In this document: one piece after another, positions 13,392 through 25,544 of the stretch
How the letters are laid out: each line of letters opens with the position of its first letter
Numbering within the stretch: position 1 is the first letter of the stretch
Assembly (NCBI GenBank): GCA_010909165.1
Contig: VJWM01000197.1
Coordinates: forward strand, 186,001 to 250,000
Length of the DNA: 64,000 bases
Source of the DNA: Anthoceros angustus
Lineage: Eukaryota; Plantae; Anthocerotophyta
Direction of reading: 5' to 3'
Made by a program: the position numbers and the translations under genes
Notes under the pieces: model-generated
What the model was told of the DNA's origin: nothing
Database searches by the model: none
Seen by the model: only the letters and a program-made list of their open reading frames with translations

Positions 13392-14016
13392 TGCCCGTTG
13401 GAGTCTAATAACAGGGCATCAATCATGACTTGAGAATGTTGATCACGAGGTTACTGGCTTGGGGTACATGGTGCTACCCTGTCTCCGTACATGGTGCTAC
13501 CTAGTATGCTTCAGTGCAGGCCTCGAGCAGCTTTCTTCCTTCAACATCCCCGGTTGTGGGATATGTTTTTCCGTCGCCGGTCCTTGCACTCCCAATTGTA
13601 TTGGGCGTAGTCCAATTGCCGGATGGCGTTCACATGCGCTGCATGAGAAAAGCGCCGCGTTTTTCATGTGTCAGTTCGCAAGCGTAACATATTTTAGTTC
13701 TTGATCCTCACTTCACAATGTGCCGGACAAGACTGGGTGAACAGGTGGTTAGCTCCTGAAACCTTTCTTTGGCGGATATGCGTGTATACTCCTGATTTCT
13801 CACTTAGTCAGCGCATGGATGCTCACTCAACCTCTTCTAAACGCCTAGGGCTTTCCTCCCCTAATCGACCATTTACCACGTGACACGAGTGTTGATGCAT
13901 TACATTCTATAGGAATGAGTTCTGTATAGTGCCTTAAACACCTATTATTTATACATTTAATTCAATCTTTTGATTCCTCAATCTTACACAGGTACTTTGA
14001 AATTCGATGTAGTATT

Positions 14017-14064
14017 ATGGGGATTGGGGTAACACTAGGCATGGGGATTGGGGTAACACTAGGC
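14017..14064. repeat. Perfect 24-bp tandem duplication
   Basis: ATGGGGATTGGGGTAACACTAGGC twice. Confidence 0.9.
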
Positions 14065-14449
14065 ACCATGTACACACGTTTATTTCATACCTGAGATTTT
14101 GTTTAGTTGCTCTTAAGAAACGAAATATTATATTTATTCTCTTGGTACTTTTGTTTTCTTCATTTTATTATAATGCTAAGTGTATTATTCAATTCAATTC
14201 AATTCACAAGATGTGGTATCATGTACATAACCCTCCGAGCGGTGTCATGCGTGCCCTAACTCCGGGACGACATCATAGGCCGGTACATGTTCTAGTTTCT
14301 ATTTGCCATAGCATCATGTCTTCCTAGTTTCCCATCGTTCAAGTTTTACACTCCACTCAAAATTTGGATCGGGCCTGCCTACAAGGTAGATGCAATGGGG
14401 GTGCTAACCTGGTTGCAGCAAGAGCTGCTTGTCGGTTGTTGTCCCCGCT

Positions 14450-15900
14450 CAAGAGTATGGCTTCGGCAAGGAACTTACCGAGATGTAGTGGCGGCGTATT
14501 CAACATGGCCATGACAGTATCTCTGCACTGAAACAAATTAGGATGTTGTAGTCAGCAGGCATCAAAGGCTGGGCACTCTAGGAGGAAATGTGCTTCATCA
14601 TCCACCAAACCAGTTGTGCAGCATTGCCAGATGCACCTTCAAGTGTTTTCAGCCAAGAACCACCTGCAGTTGATGCGCCCTAGTGCAGAATCAAGCAATT
14701 AGTCTGGTGAGATGGGATAGGAAAGGCTGCTAGCTAGATATCGTTGGATCTGGTAGGTGGTGCTTTGGTGGACATGTGTGTAGGTAGTGTGGCTTATTTA
14801 TCCCTGGCGTGGTTGGAGGCCATATCTTCTTAAGGAAAGCATTCTCAATATCGGTATCTGTTGTCTTGGCACCTAAATCTTTGGGGAGATCGCACCTTCC
14901 AAGCCAATTGGCTACAAAGAGTAGCCAACCCGAGAGAGGATTGATACCATCTCTTGTTGAGAGTTGGAGGGCCAGCTTGGTGAGGGCAGAGTTTCCCGAG
15001 TTCCAGATCTTGTCTCTGACGTGGATGCATTGCTTCATAGCTTGTATCTTGAGGGGGAATGCTCCAAACTCAGTAAGAGGTTATCCATACATATATGTCT
15101 GTTGAGGAATGCCAAGGTGTCTTCTCATGAAGTCGATCTGGAGCCTGTTTGTTTGCTCGCAGTGTCCTTTCCAGCATTCTGGGCCCCAAATCTCGACTAT
15201 GTGGAGGGCTATGCTTGCGATTGAAGCTGTGAAGACTGCCGATTGCAGCTGGGATAGGATGACATTTCTAAGTCTTATCCTATTATGCAGGATGAATAGC
15301 CAACAGTGAGCGGCCTGGAGTAGCAGTTCCCTGTACCTTATGATTGTCTTGTTGTTGAAGATAAAGAGGCCCAGATACTTGTATGACGATGCAGCCTCAA
15401 TTTCGTGTGCATCATACATACAGTTCTTCCACTGTGATTTCAGAAATCCTATGTTGTATAAGACTTGGTTTTGCCCAAGTTGATAGTTAGGTGATGCTCC
15501 ATGGAGAAGATCTCAAGTACCTTGCGTAGTCTTTGCATGCCCCATTTCCTCATAGACAATAGTACCAGGTGATCAGCAAAGAGAAGCCAGCACAATCTGT
15601 TGGCGAGGTAGTCGACGGCCCAATTCTCTTCTATTGGTTCCACTTTGCCTTGTCGTGCTAAGGATGTGGTCCATGCATCCCATTCCCTTATGAAAGCCAG
15701 CTAGGCTCATATTCCCTTGTTGAATATTAAGCTTCCGCAGCTTGGTATGACAGCACTTGCTGAAGACCTTGTGAAAAAGGTGGTTGATAACAGTCAACCT
15801 GTATTTGTTGACCAAGTCCTAGGAGCCACCCTTATAGATAGACTGGGCATCCGAACGGCCCCACTAGGTGGAAAGCTAGCCAGTGATATATATTTTGGTG
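14450..15900 (-). mobile_element. Degenerate LINE (non-LTR retrotransposon) ORF2 remnant
   Basis: Minus-strand fragments in the expected order: YRLTVINHLFHKVF, AGFHKGMGCMDHI, LLFADHLVLLS...LTINLGKTK, YKYLGL, and C-terminal CCHC-like CCTTGLVDDEAHFLLECPAF. Many stops and frameshifts. Confidence 0.85.
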
Positions 15901-16099
15901 TAGAGAGCAGTGAGTATAGAGGGAAGTTGGGTTTCCATGGGAGCTTGGGCCATCTCAGTTATAAGGCCACCCTTGTGAGCAGCCTTGCCGTGTTTGACCT
16001 GAAGGATTGCATTCTTCACTTCAAGTGCTATGAATTGTAAATCCAGGTCTGGTGGTTCAAGCTAGCAGGTTCCCAAGTGCTGGGCCTCCATACACTCAA

Positions 16100-17990
16100 T
16101 AAGGAGTTGTCCTTACTGCTAGGCATGCCACTCATTCAGCTGTGTGATGAGACAAGTTTTCTTCTGGTCTTGCAATACTTGCCAGAACCTCCTTGGCTTC
16201 AAGTGAAGGTGTTGGAAACGGGTCTTGTTGTGAGAAATTGTGTGCGCTCACCTCTGTCGCATGAGGTAAGTACATGCATTCATATGAGCACTTCCTCAAC
16301 ATACAACCAAGCAAATAAATCAAATATGCAAATATAGGTGCAAACCAATCATACTTCCGCAAGGCCCGCTTGAAGGTCTGCACCAAGCGTTTAGCAAGTC
16401 CATCGGCTTGAGGATGATCAACAATAGGAGGAAATAGCTCGCACGTCATGGCACGAACATAGTCTCCCCATAGGAACAACACGCAAATTCCTCACACATC
16501 ACTCTCAGAGTCATGGCTTTGGCCTCCTCACAACACTCTTGCATTGCATATCTAGAGGACAAGCTATGATATGAGCCTGTCCTCTGTGAAAGGTTCTATA
16601 TATACTAGCCCTTGCCATCGGCATATCCCTAAGATATCCTATTGGCATCAGCATATGCTGAAAATATCCTAAGAATAGACTATAATATGCAAGGAATATG
16701 CTAAAGCACTTGAGCCTATCCACTTAGCTCTTGCTAACCATGTTTAATTAACAATAATCAATATTTAATTAACATAAGTTGCTTTAGATTAATTACGACA
16801 AATTATTTACTTCAAGATAAGTAATTAGATTAATTAATGCTAATCAAACACTAAACCCAAGAGCAGAGATTAGTGTCACACTGCATGACACCTCCTTTTC
16901 CTGCAAAGGTTCTTGTAAACCTTTCGAACTTTCTCCACCTTGAATGGGTCGGGCGGCTCTTTAGCTTCCTCCTCCTCGACAGCTTCCCTAGCATCTTGAC
17001 AATCAAGGGATGAATGTGGAAGACACTTGGTGGAGTAGCTTGCTTCTTCTAACATTTGTATAGAGAAAGTTGGAAGGCCTCATGCAGATATTGGGATGTC
17101 TATGTGCACCCGAAGAGTGGGGGTGCACATCGACATCTCAATATCAAAACTCCATAATGAAGCGCCGTGCAGGATAGGGTGCCATCTTTTGAATTGGAAT
17201 ATGTATGGATATCGCACCATTTAATGGGCGCACTGGCCTTCCCTTGTGTGTGGTCTTGGGTGCAAGATTACCCAATAATAAAGGTAGAAAAGTAATGCAA
17301 CTGTTTGGCATTGTCATCCGCCGTGGTCTCGGGATTGTGAACGCTATTCAAGACAGAAGGCAACCGTTTCTCTAGCTATTGGGCAAGTTGCAGCTCGCCA
17401 TGAGCAGTTAGTGTGACATGCCTCAGGCCTGTCGTTCCGACGACGAGCCTTCCGTTTCTCCAACTGTTGGGCAAGTTGCAGCTCACCATAAGCAGTTGTA
17501 TGACATGCCCGGGCCTGTGATTACTACGACGAGCCTTCCGCCTGCGTAGTCTTGACGTTGCTTTCAACCCAACAAAGCAGGGGTCTATGGTTGGACCTGG
17601 TGATGGATGCTCCAATCTGAAAGGCTAGGGCGTTGGCTGGTGCACACAAGTAGTCCACGGTGCACTTCCTTGTACACACAGTGGGCAAGGTGGTAGAGTC
17701 AATTTGATGGGAGTGTGCTGGTGGTAGTTGTGCTTCATGGTACCTGGAAATTTAGAGATGTGGTTATAGACCTTGAGCTGTAGGCCTTTCAGGAAGCTGA
17801 GATGAGGGAGTTGTGCCCCACAACCTCAAGGTCGGCTGCAGTACGGACCTAGCAGGGGTCCACCGGTCTGTCCGAGCTGCAGATCTAGATTGGCTCCAGT
17901 TGGGCGTTGCTATCAAAGAAAAGGAAAGTTTGGTCAAGGGTTTTGATTGCATGGGATAGCTTGGGATAGTTCTTGAAACAAGAGCTGGGG
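16100..17990 (-). mobile_element. Fragmented Ty3/Gypsy remnants (integrase, PPT/LTR edge, gag-like zinc knuckles)
   Basis: HPQADGLAKRLVQTFKRALRKY (integrase) at ~16350-16420; PPT GGAAAAGGAGG followed by TGTCATG at 16901-16884; duplicated ~88-bp degenerate knuckle-like unit (HRPGHV) at ~17379-17541. Confidence 0.65.
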
Positions 17991-18814
17991 ATCCAGAGCA
18001 GAATACAAAGGGCGAGCTATGGGCGGTACGTTAGCACACAAAAAATAGCGGCCCCTTTGTCTCGACTCTTACAAAATACTTAGTTAATTTGATCCTTAAC
18101 TTAGATTTTAGTATTACTAGGACTTAAAAAACCTAGGACAAGATTAATTATAAAATGAATTATGGTAAAGAAGGGTGTATTAGTTATCTAAAAACTAAAC
18201 CATTTAGAACTTTCTAGACACGTGACAGGCTAAACTCTGCGCAAGGAACCAAATATGTACATACATAAAAACTCTGCGCAAGGAACCAGGTCAAGAAAAA
18301 GAACGGAGAGAGTGTGCACAAGCACAAGCACAAGCGAGCGTGAATAGTAATAATGCATATACGGAGACGAATGAATCACCTGGTAGCAGCTGGAGTACCG
18401 AGACAGCGTGGGGAGCCGGCGCGCAGTTAGTTGCTGCCGTAGGGCGTCAGGTCCAGGCCAGGGCAGGCCAGGCCAGGGGAACGTATTCACGGACGCAGTT
18501 ACAGCGCGAGTCAGTCGTCAGTCCAGAGTCCAGCACTGCAGGTCCAGGTCAGGTCGAGGCGCGGGGCGAGACGGGGCGTGGGGCCCAGCTCCGGCGCCTT
18601 TACTGCGGTAAAAGGACGGGCAGTGGCCGGTGCAAAGGACCTGCTAGCCAAAAGCAAAGGACCCTGCACCAAGGCTGTCCAGAGGGGCTGAATTATTTGG
18701 GTGCCGGTCTCTGTCCCGGTGGTTGGCAGTCACCGTCATCTCAATGCTTCACGTTCCTTCTCTTGGCGCCCTGTCCTGCTGCCTGCCAGCGCTCACAGCC
18801 CTGTGACGTAACCC

Positions 18815-18850
18815 GGGTTGGGTTGGGTTGGGGGTTGGGTTGGGTCGGGG
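18815..18850 (+). repeat. (GGGTT)n tract, potential G-quadruplex
   Basis: gggttgggttgggttgggggttgggttgggtcgggg: seven runs of at least 3 G. Confidence 0.75.
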
Positions 18851-20081
18851 CGTAACGCACGCCGTAACAAACTTAATAGCCGAGCGTAAGACGCAGGTTG
18901 GACGTTGGACCGGGCTGCGTTAGGTCAGCATTCAATACTAAGGCGTTTAGGCGATTTAGGGTCGTGAGATGATGGGAGCGGATCTATGGCGCCATGAATG
19001 AAGAGATAAGGTTCTGGCGCGGAGCTCGAGTGGGGACGTGGCGCGTGGAGGCCGGCCGTATGGATCATGGCAGTATGGGCTGGCTATACTGACACCCTAC
19101 AGGCATACATGCCAGCCACCGTATGCGTACCCCATACGGGATTAAAGTGAATAGGGCTGACAGAGGCAGAACGTTGTTGTTGAGGAAATGTCACGCTCAC
19201 AATAAAGCTGGGGGGAGTAGGAGTAGGTACCCGCTCCCATGTTCCGCTGCCACTTGCACTTGTTTGCGCCTTCCGCTCCACTTATGGCCCAAATCGGGCT
19301 GTGATTTTCACCCTGATTTCCATCATTTACTGCCTGCCCGGCCTGCTCCGGGCTCCGGGCGCCGGGCTCTGGAGTCCTGTACCCGCTTCCCGGTTCCGAA
19401 TATCCTCATATCCTCATATCCGCTCCGTATCCCGTTTCAACCTCGTATGTATGTACCTGCCCCGCTCCCGGCGCAACGCCTCTCGCCACCGCGCTGCCAC
19501 ACCCGTTGCCAATTCCCTCCTTCGATGTATGTATGTCCTGCTGGTTTCCATTCGCCCCGACTTGTTTCGGTATCCTAGGCTTGCAAGAAAAGCATACTTT
19601 AAGAATAGAATAAGAAAGAAGTGGGCACGGAGATGGAGGTGTGTGATGAACCCATGCCATTGGGAAACTCAAAACGGCACAAGGTGAAGAGGCACACGGT
19701 GAAGAGCTTTGCGGATAAGTAGGTTGCAGGAACACACACAGTACGGGATAAGGTATGGAAGTCTAAGGAGCAATGAAGACAACAATGGAGTGAGGAGAAA
19801 GAAGAGGGGAAGAGATTTTGTGGGTGACAAAGTTGAGAAGGTCCAGTGTAGAGACAAAAAAGTAGGTATTGTATGTATGTACATATGAAGAACACGATCT
19901 CAGTTTGTGTGTGCGTGCAACAAAGCAACAATCGTGTGGGTGAGGTATGTACTGTTGCAACATTCGTGTGTATTCTTACATCACAACTTTATGTAGATAG
20001 CCCGTATCTCTCCGTATGTAATCTACGCAGACCAAAGGGGCCGTCGCGTGCAACAAAAGCGTGTATTCGTCCGGGCCTCAT

Positions 20082-20231
20082 CCTCACGCTCGCCTTTGGA
20101 TATACGGTTTCAATCTATGTAGAGGTATCCGTATTCAACGCCTTATCCATGGGTACCCTCATGCTCACCTTTGGGTATACGGTTTCAATCTATGTAGGGG
20201 TATCCGTATTCAACGCCTTATCCATGGGTAC
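20082..20231. repeat. 75-bp tandem duplication
   Basis: TATACGGTTTCAATCTATGTAG.GGTATCCGTATTCAACGCCTTATCCATGGGTACCC at 20101 and 20176. Confidence 0.92.
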
Positions 20232-20319
20232 CCGTCGCACTCTACACAGTCTTTGAACTGTAGTCTTTGCCACGCTTGCTTTGGCTCTGTGCAGGATAAG
20301 AACTTTCTGCAGGACAAAG

Positions 20320-20835
20320 TCGGGCATCTTGGGATAAAAGGGCAAGGACGATGACGAGGATGGTCGGTGGAATGACGTTACTCCGAGGTTGAGTCCGTTG
20401 TACAACGGCTAGCGCGCGATTCCCTGGGTGGCTGTCTGTCTTATTATGCAGCCCTAGGGCAAAGGACGGCTCTAGTCCAGAGAATGGTGGGTAGATGGTG
20501 GGTGGAATGACGTTACTCCAAGGTGGAGGCCTCTGCGGAGTACATAGCTAGCGTGAGATTCCCAGCGTCTGCCTGACTCGTTTATTTCGGGGGGCAAAGG
20601 ACATCTCTTGGAGAGGCGAAGGACGACTGCAGAGAGTGGTCGGTGGAACGACTGAATGTACTCCGAAGTTGCATTGAATCTAGCCAACTCTCTGCAAACA
20701 CGGATGCTCTGTTCGTCTATCTTTTCTCCCCCCACCTAACTCTTTGACAAGAACAAAGGACGATGATGAGGATGGTCGGTGGGATGCCAATAAGTACTCC
20801 AAAGTTGCAAGGAATCTAGCCGAACTCTACAAGCA
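20320..20835. repeat. Four degenerate ~137-bp tandem units
   Basis: Core AAGGACG...GGTCGGTGG.A....TACTCC recurs, with the GGTCGGTGG part at ~20362, 20497, 20638 and 20774. Confidence 0.7.
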
Positions 20836-21944
20836 TGGGCATTGCAATGAATGTAGCCCCTTGGGAGATGGAAGCTTGAAGAACACGTAAGAAGAAACCA
20901 CCGAGCGTACATGTGCAGGTGAAGATAATAGGTAAGGACCTGGAGTTGAACCCAGAGTGATTCTTGTAGAGGCAGGAAAGGACTTGGTGTTGAACCCATG
21001 GTGATTCTTGTAGAGGCGCGTGAAGATAAGAAGAAGATGATACATACATGGTTATGACCCCACACCGACTCCGTTGTTGTGGGGTTGGAGAAGGTGGAGA
21101 CAGGAAAACAACACGTAATGTGTAAGAAGTGTCTGTTGGGTGGGTGGAAGGAGGGGCAGGATGGAGTGATTACATCATAGATGATTCTAGAAGGTGGCAG
21201 GGTTCCGATTAGGGGGGCAAGGTGCAGAGAGGGAGTGTCCAAATGTCCGGCTGTGCAAGAGACTCGGAAGGGCAAGGAAGTGGCCGGGAAAGCAGGAAGC
21301 AAGAGATGAATTGGAATTGCGTAGGCCAGGATCGCATATGAGGCGGCTGTGGTTTCGGGATGTGTGCGCTGCAGTCCGCCCTTTCGCCCGGGCCCGTCGG
21401 AGGCGGACGCTGTTCCCATGGATGTATCCATGTACACGGACTACAGGAGCATGGAGCATGGAGCGATTCCTGGGCCGGGGCCGGGGCCCGGGTGCAACGG
21501 CGCCCCGTTCCACTTACCCCCTGCTTCCTCCGTCCCGTCACGTCCCGTCCCGTCCCGTTTCCCCTCATCCAGCCCAGCGGTGTGGCGTTGTGGACAAAAC
21601 ACTAGGCGGGGTGGGGAGATATCTGGGGCACGGGGGCACGGGGGCGCGTGACGCCAGAGTTACGACACCCGATTCGGGCCGGGACCGAGCGCTTGGAAAT
21701 CAAATCGCACTGCGAACTGGGGGAGAAGTAAAGGCCGCAGCAGAGAGAGGAGAGAGGATGAGAGAAGTGCATGGCAGGGTCGTGCGGGCCCCACCACCTG
21801 GCCACCTGATTTGGAAGGCTCGCCGCCTGCCGCATCCATACACTAGTCACATGACGCGAGGAGGTTTGGGTTTTATTATCCTGTACGAATGCGTAGCAGT
21901 GCGAGCAGCGCAAGCCGCAGCGAGGAAACCCGAGGAATCCACAT

Positions 21945-22020
21945 CCCAGTCCCCAGCCCCAGCCCCTGCTCCTGGCTCCTGGCTCCTGGCTCCTGGCTTC
22001 TGGCTGCTGGCTGCTGGCTG
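21945..22020 (+). repeat. Low-complexity CCCCAG/CTCCTGG/CTG microsatellite array upstream of S40
   Basis: Seen directly. Confidence 0.8.
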
Positions 22021-22521
22021 CGCCGATCTGCCACTGCCTTTAAAGCCCGCCACTCCCTCCTCCTCGCCCTGCATCTTTTTCCGCTTCCTCCGCTTCGGCT
22101 TCCTCCTGCTTCTGCTCTGCTTCGCTCTGCTCCCATTTGCTCCTGGCTTTCAGCTGCTCTGTTCCTCGCTGGGCCCTGCTTTGGCTTCCGCTCCACCGCT
22201 CCAGCGCTCCAGCTGTGTTGCTGCTGCGTGCATTGGTGCTGTGTTCGCTTGTGTGCAATTTGGTATTTGGTGCTGGGATTGGAAGCCTAGGCCACGGCAA
22301 TCTGCTACTGCCGTCTCCTGCGTTGCTATTTTTGTGGGTGGGGTGGAATTCGAGAATTGCGTGCGGGATCTCGATACCCAGCCTGGTGGGCGGTCTCGGA
22401 GTGAGCTGAATTGCGGTCTGTTTTGGAGCTGCTTGCCGTGTATGTGCGTCTGAGCATTGGACGGTGTGTGGGAGAGAGGGAGGGAGGTTCTCAGTCTCAG
22501 TCCCAGAAACGTCCTGCAGAT

Positions 22522-23359
22522 ATGAGCCGAATGCGCTCCATTCCGGTGGCTCCCAATTCCGGATTCGGGGGCCGGGACAAGGGCATCAGCATCGGCAGCG
22601 GCAGCAGCAGCCTGGTGGTGGGTAGCCTGGCGGACAAGTTTCTCGGGACATCCCTCGGGGGGTCGTCTCCCTCCCCGACCGCCTACTCCCCGCTGGACGA
22701 GGAGGCGGATGATGTGTTGGAGCTGAAGGAGGAGGATGTGTGGGACGCGGAGGATCAGCTGGACAACGGGAAGACGGACGGGGGCGGTTTCGTTGCCGGG
22801 CCGGGAGGCGGGCGCGGGTTCGGGGCCGGGCGCGGCTATGTCGGGCGGGGCCACGTCGCCGCGCCCTCCGCCACGGACCTGGAAGCGGGGGATCCGCTTA
22901 GGTATCTGGGGAACGGGCACCACCACGCCCAGGGATCCAAGGATGGAAAGCCCAAGCCGAGATCCGCCATCCCCATCGGCGGGGTCAGCCTGGCCTTGGC
23001 CAACGCGGGGCGGCTCAACAAGCAGAAGCAGCACGCGCACCAGCAGGAAGATGGCGTGGGAGCTCCTGCCCGGGCACCGCCAACCAGTCTGCCCCGTGAA
23101 TGTGCCCGACTGGAGCAAGATATACAGGCTGGAGCGCAAGCCCAAGCCGGTGGTGTACAGCAGCGATGAGGAGGAGGACGACGGCACCGGCCGCAAGCAT
23201 CGCCTCCACCCGCACGAGATTGTGGCTCGCGATTACGCGCGCTCCCATGCGCATGTGGTGAGTTTCTCCATGTGCGAGGGCGTCGGCCGCACTCTCAAGG
23301 GGCGTGACCTCCGGGAGGTCCGTAATGCCGTTCTCCGTCGCACCGGCTTCCTGGAGTAG
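22522..23359 (+). CDS. Senescence regulator S40 / DUF584 protein, frameshifted in this sequence
   Basis: N-part (LELKEEDVW) is in ORF 22411-23169; C-part (PVNVPDWSKIY...HPHEIVAR...FSMCEGVGRTLKGRDLREVRNAVLRRTGFLE*) is in ORF 22736-23359. A probable 5'UTR intron lies at ~22440-22519. Confidence 0.88.
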
Positions 23360-25194
23360 AGGCCCGCGAGCCTGCCAGCAACCGCTTGCTCTCTCGTCTT
23401 CTTCTCTTCCTGCTCTTCGCTGCTAGGTTGTTGGAAGACCTAAATTTTGCATCGGCTGGGGAACGGGGACGTCGTGCCCGACTCCGGAGGGATCCTTTCC
23501 TCTCCTTGTCGGACTCGGATGTTATGCTGATAGCGCTTCAATTTTGTTGCTCTCTTCTCCCCCCTCCCTTTCTTCTCAAGATGATGCTACCGTACAAGGC
23601 CCTGCATCGGCTTCCAGCGGCGAGCAACGGCTTCTGCAGCAACAGCAACAGCGGTGGCAGCATCATGGACACACCGGATTCCTGCTGCTTTGCTTCTGGA
23701 ACCTTAAGCTCAGAGTAGTTTGCTTGCTTGCTTGCTGGCTTTGCAATATGGTAGGCTTAGGTAGCTGAGACTTTAAAAATGGGACCATGGATGTCCCGGA
23801 CCCCGGAAGCGCTCCTCTCACTCCCCTATTTTGTGTATATATCTGAGCAAGCCTGTTGCGTCACAGAGTCTTCGGTTTCGTTGTTCACGGTCTTGCGCTG
23901 TTCTGGGTTTTCATGCTGGCATGGCTGCTCCTGTTTCTCGGCTTGCAAGTGGCACTGCACTGCACTGCACTGCCTCTTGCATCTTTTGCCTGCTGCTGCC
24001 AGAGAGCCGTCGGAAATGCTCGTGACGACTAGCCTTCCGTAGGGCAGGGAGGGCGTGTCAGATTCTGAGCTCTGCCAGCAAGTGGTGTCAGCTTCTGAGC
24101 TCACCTATTCCCTTTTTCTTTTCGCCCCGCGGATGCTTCCTGTGGATCCTGTTTTTTAACATTCACTGAGCACGCACATGCACTTACGGGTAACGAGTGT
24201 GGTATTTCTACCGGGGAACGGTGTGGTTGCGAGTGCTTCACTGCATGGCACACGGTGCATGCCTGCGAGCTTGGGCGGTAGACGAGCTTTTGAACGTTTA
24301 CGACGCCTACATCCAATCCATACAGTGCTCCTCTCATTGCTGGCTGCCGATCCCAAGTGGATGTGGAGAGATGAGTTGTGCTGGCACTGTGGAATGTTTC
24401 AGGTAGTGGTGTCAGACCGTCTTCTCCTCAAGTTCCTTCGCAATGGCGTACATCCCTTTGGGCACGCTGCAGGGGTCGATGACGACGGGGCGATTAGTAG
24501 ATGTGCCCAGTGCTCATGAAGGTCCAGTACGCACAAGTAAGCCTTCATTTCCTCCGTTGCTGTACACGCACCCAGGGAATATGCGATTGTATGCGCTTTC
24601 AATGATACGGCTCACCTGGTCTGTGTTGTTTGCGTTTGTTGCCTGGCAGGAGAATGCTCCTTATTGCAGCATTAACAGGTTCGTAGCTACTATGCCTGTC
24701 AATGCCTCTGGCAGAAACGGCTAGCATCCGTATCATGGGACGGAACAATTCGACTGTGAGGGTTTCTCTAAAGAAAAAAGTGGTGTGGGCAGTGAGAAGT
24801 TTGTTCACACGCATGAGGTGCTGACCGTGGCATGCCTTGCTGGGGCACTACTCTGAATGGGTGAAAAGAGTTCTGGGACCCCGTTGAAGGGTGGCAAACC
24901 GGCGGCAGTGAAGGGCTTCGTGATGTGGCTGACTGATGGGGTATAGAAGAACTGTAGCCAACTTCACCAATGACATCGTGTTTCTCTGCTCATGGAGCTG
25001 GAGGTGCCAGCAAGTATATTTGCATATATGATGTGAAGGAAATGGTCTTCTGCCTCTATGTTATGTGTGCACGGCATGATCAGCAGGCCAGAGTCACTGA
25101 TGAGTGTGTTTGAGCAGGTATTGTTTCAAAGGGTTCAAGTAACACAAAACCATTCCTTGGAAGAGTACCACATGTACTGAGCTCCAAGAAACAT

Positions 25195-25405
25195 GACAAG
25201 TGCTGCGACACTTGAGTGATCTATGAGTGCGATATTTACAGGGAGGCTGGTATCACCTTTCACTGTAGAGGGACGCTGAATGCTGGCTTGCCAGGCACGA
25301 CAAGTGCTGTGACACTTGACTTAATCCTTGACTGGGATATTTACAGGGGGGTTGGTATCACCTTCCACTGTAGAGGGACGCTGAACGATGGCTTGCCAGG
25401 CACAA
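25195..25405. repeat. ~105-bp tandem duplication
   Basis: GATATTTACAGGG...GGTATCACCTT.CACTGTAGAGGGACGCTGAA...GGCTTGCCAGGCAC at 25231 and 25336. Confidence 0.9.
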
Positions 25406-25484
25406 GCATTGGAAGGCCTGTAGCACGTGTGAACAGCATCAAATTGAGTTCAACCAGGAGGATATTCTATGGGTAAACAGCATA

Positions 25485-25544
25485 GACTGATGGTGTTTTC
25501 TATGGATAACAGAAGAGACTGATCGTGTTTTCTATGGATAACAG
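25485..25544. repeat. 32-bp-period duplication
   Basis: GACTGAT.GTGTTTTCTATGGATAACAG at 25485 and 25517. Confidence 0.85.

Noticed and set aside
18232-18288. 20-bp direct repeat AAACTCTGCGCAAGGAACCA x2 (CRISPR-like; partial U6-like CTGCGCAAGGA)
   Set aside because: Only two copies with a 17-nt spacer, eukaryotic context, no cas genes; the rest of U6 is absent.
19152-20456. Possible hAT element bounded by TAGGGCTG...CAGCCCTA
   Set aside because: Only 8 bp of inverted match, and the flanks (AAAGTGAA vs GGGCAAAG) do not form a TSD.
21194-22453. 419-aa ORF upstream of S40 (and overlapping ORFs 20736-21437 and 22150-23196)
   Set aside because: GC-rich, microsatellite-containing sequence with all frames open; no recognisable domain. 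It could at most be a long uORF.
23945-23980. TGCACTGCCTCTT resembling the 5' part of miR408
   Set aside because: Only 13 nt match and the hairpin stem is about 10 bp, too short for a pre-miRNA; it lies in a (CTGCA)n repeat.
24020-24100. Box C/D snoRNA-like GTGACGA...CTGA
   Set aside because: Imperfect C box, minimal terminal stem, and no recognisable rRNA antisense element.
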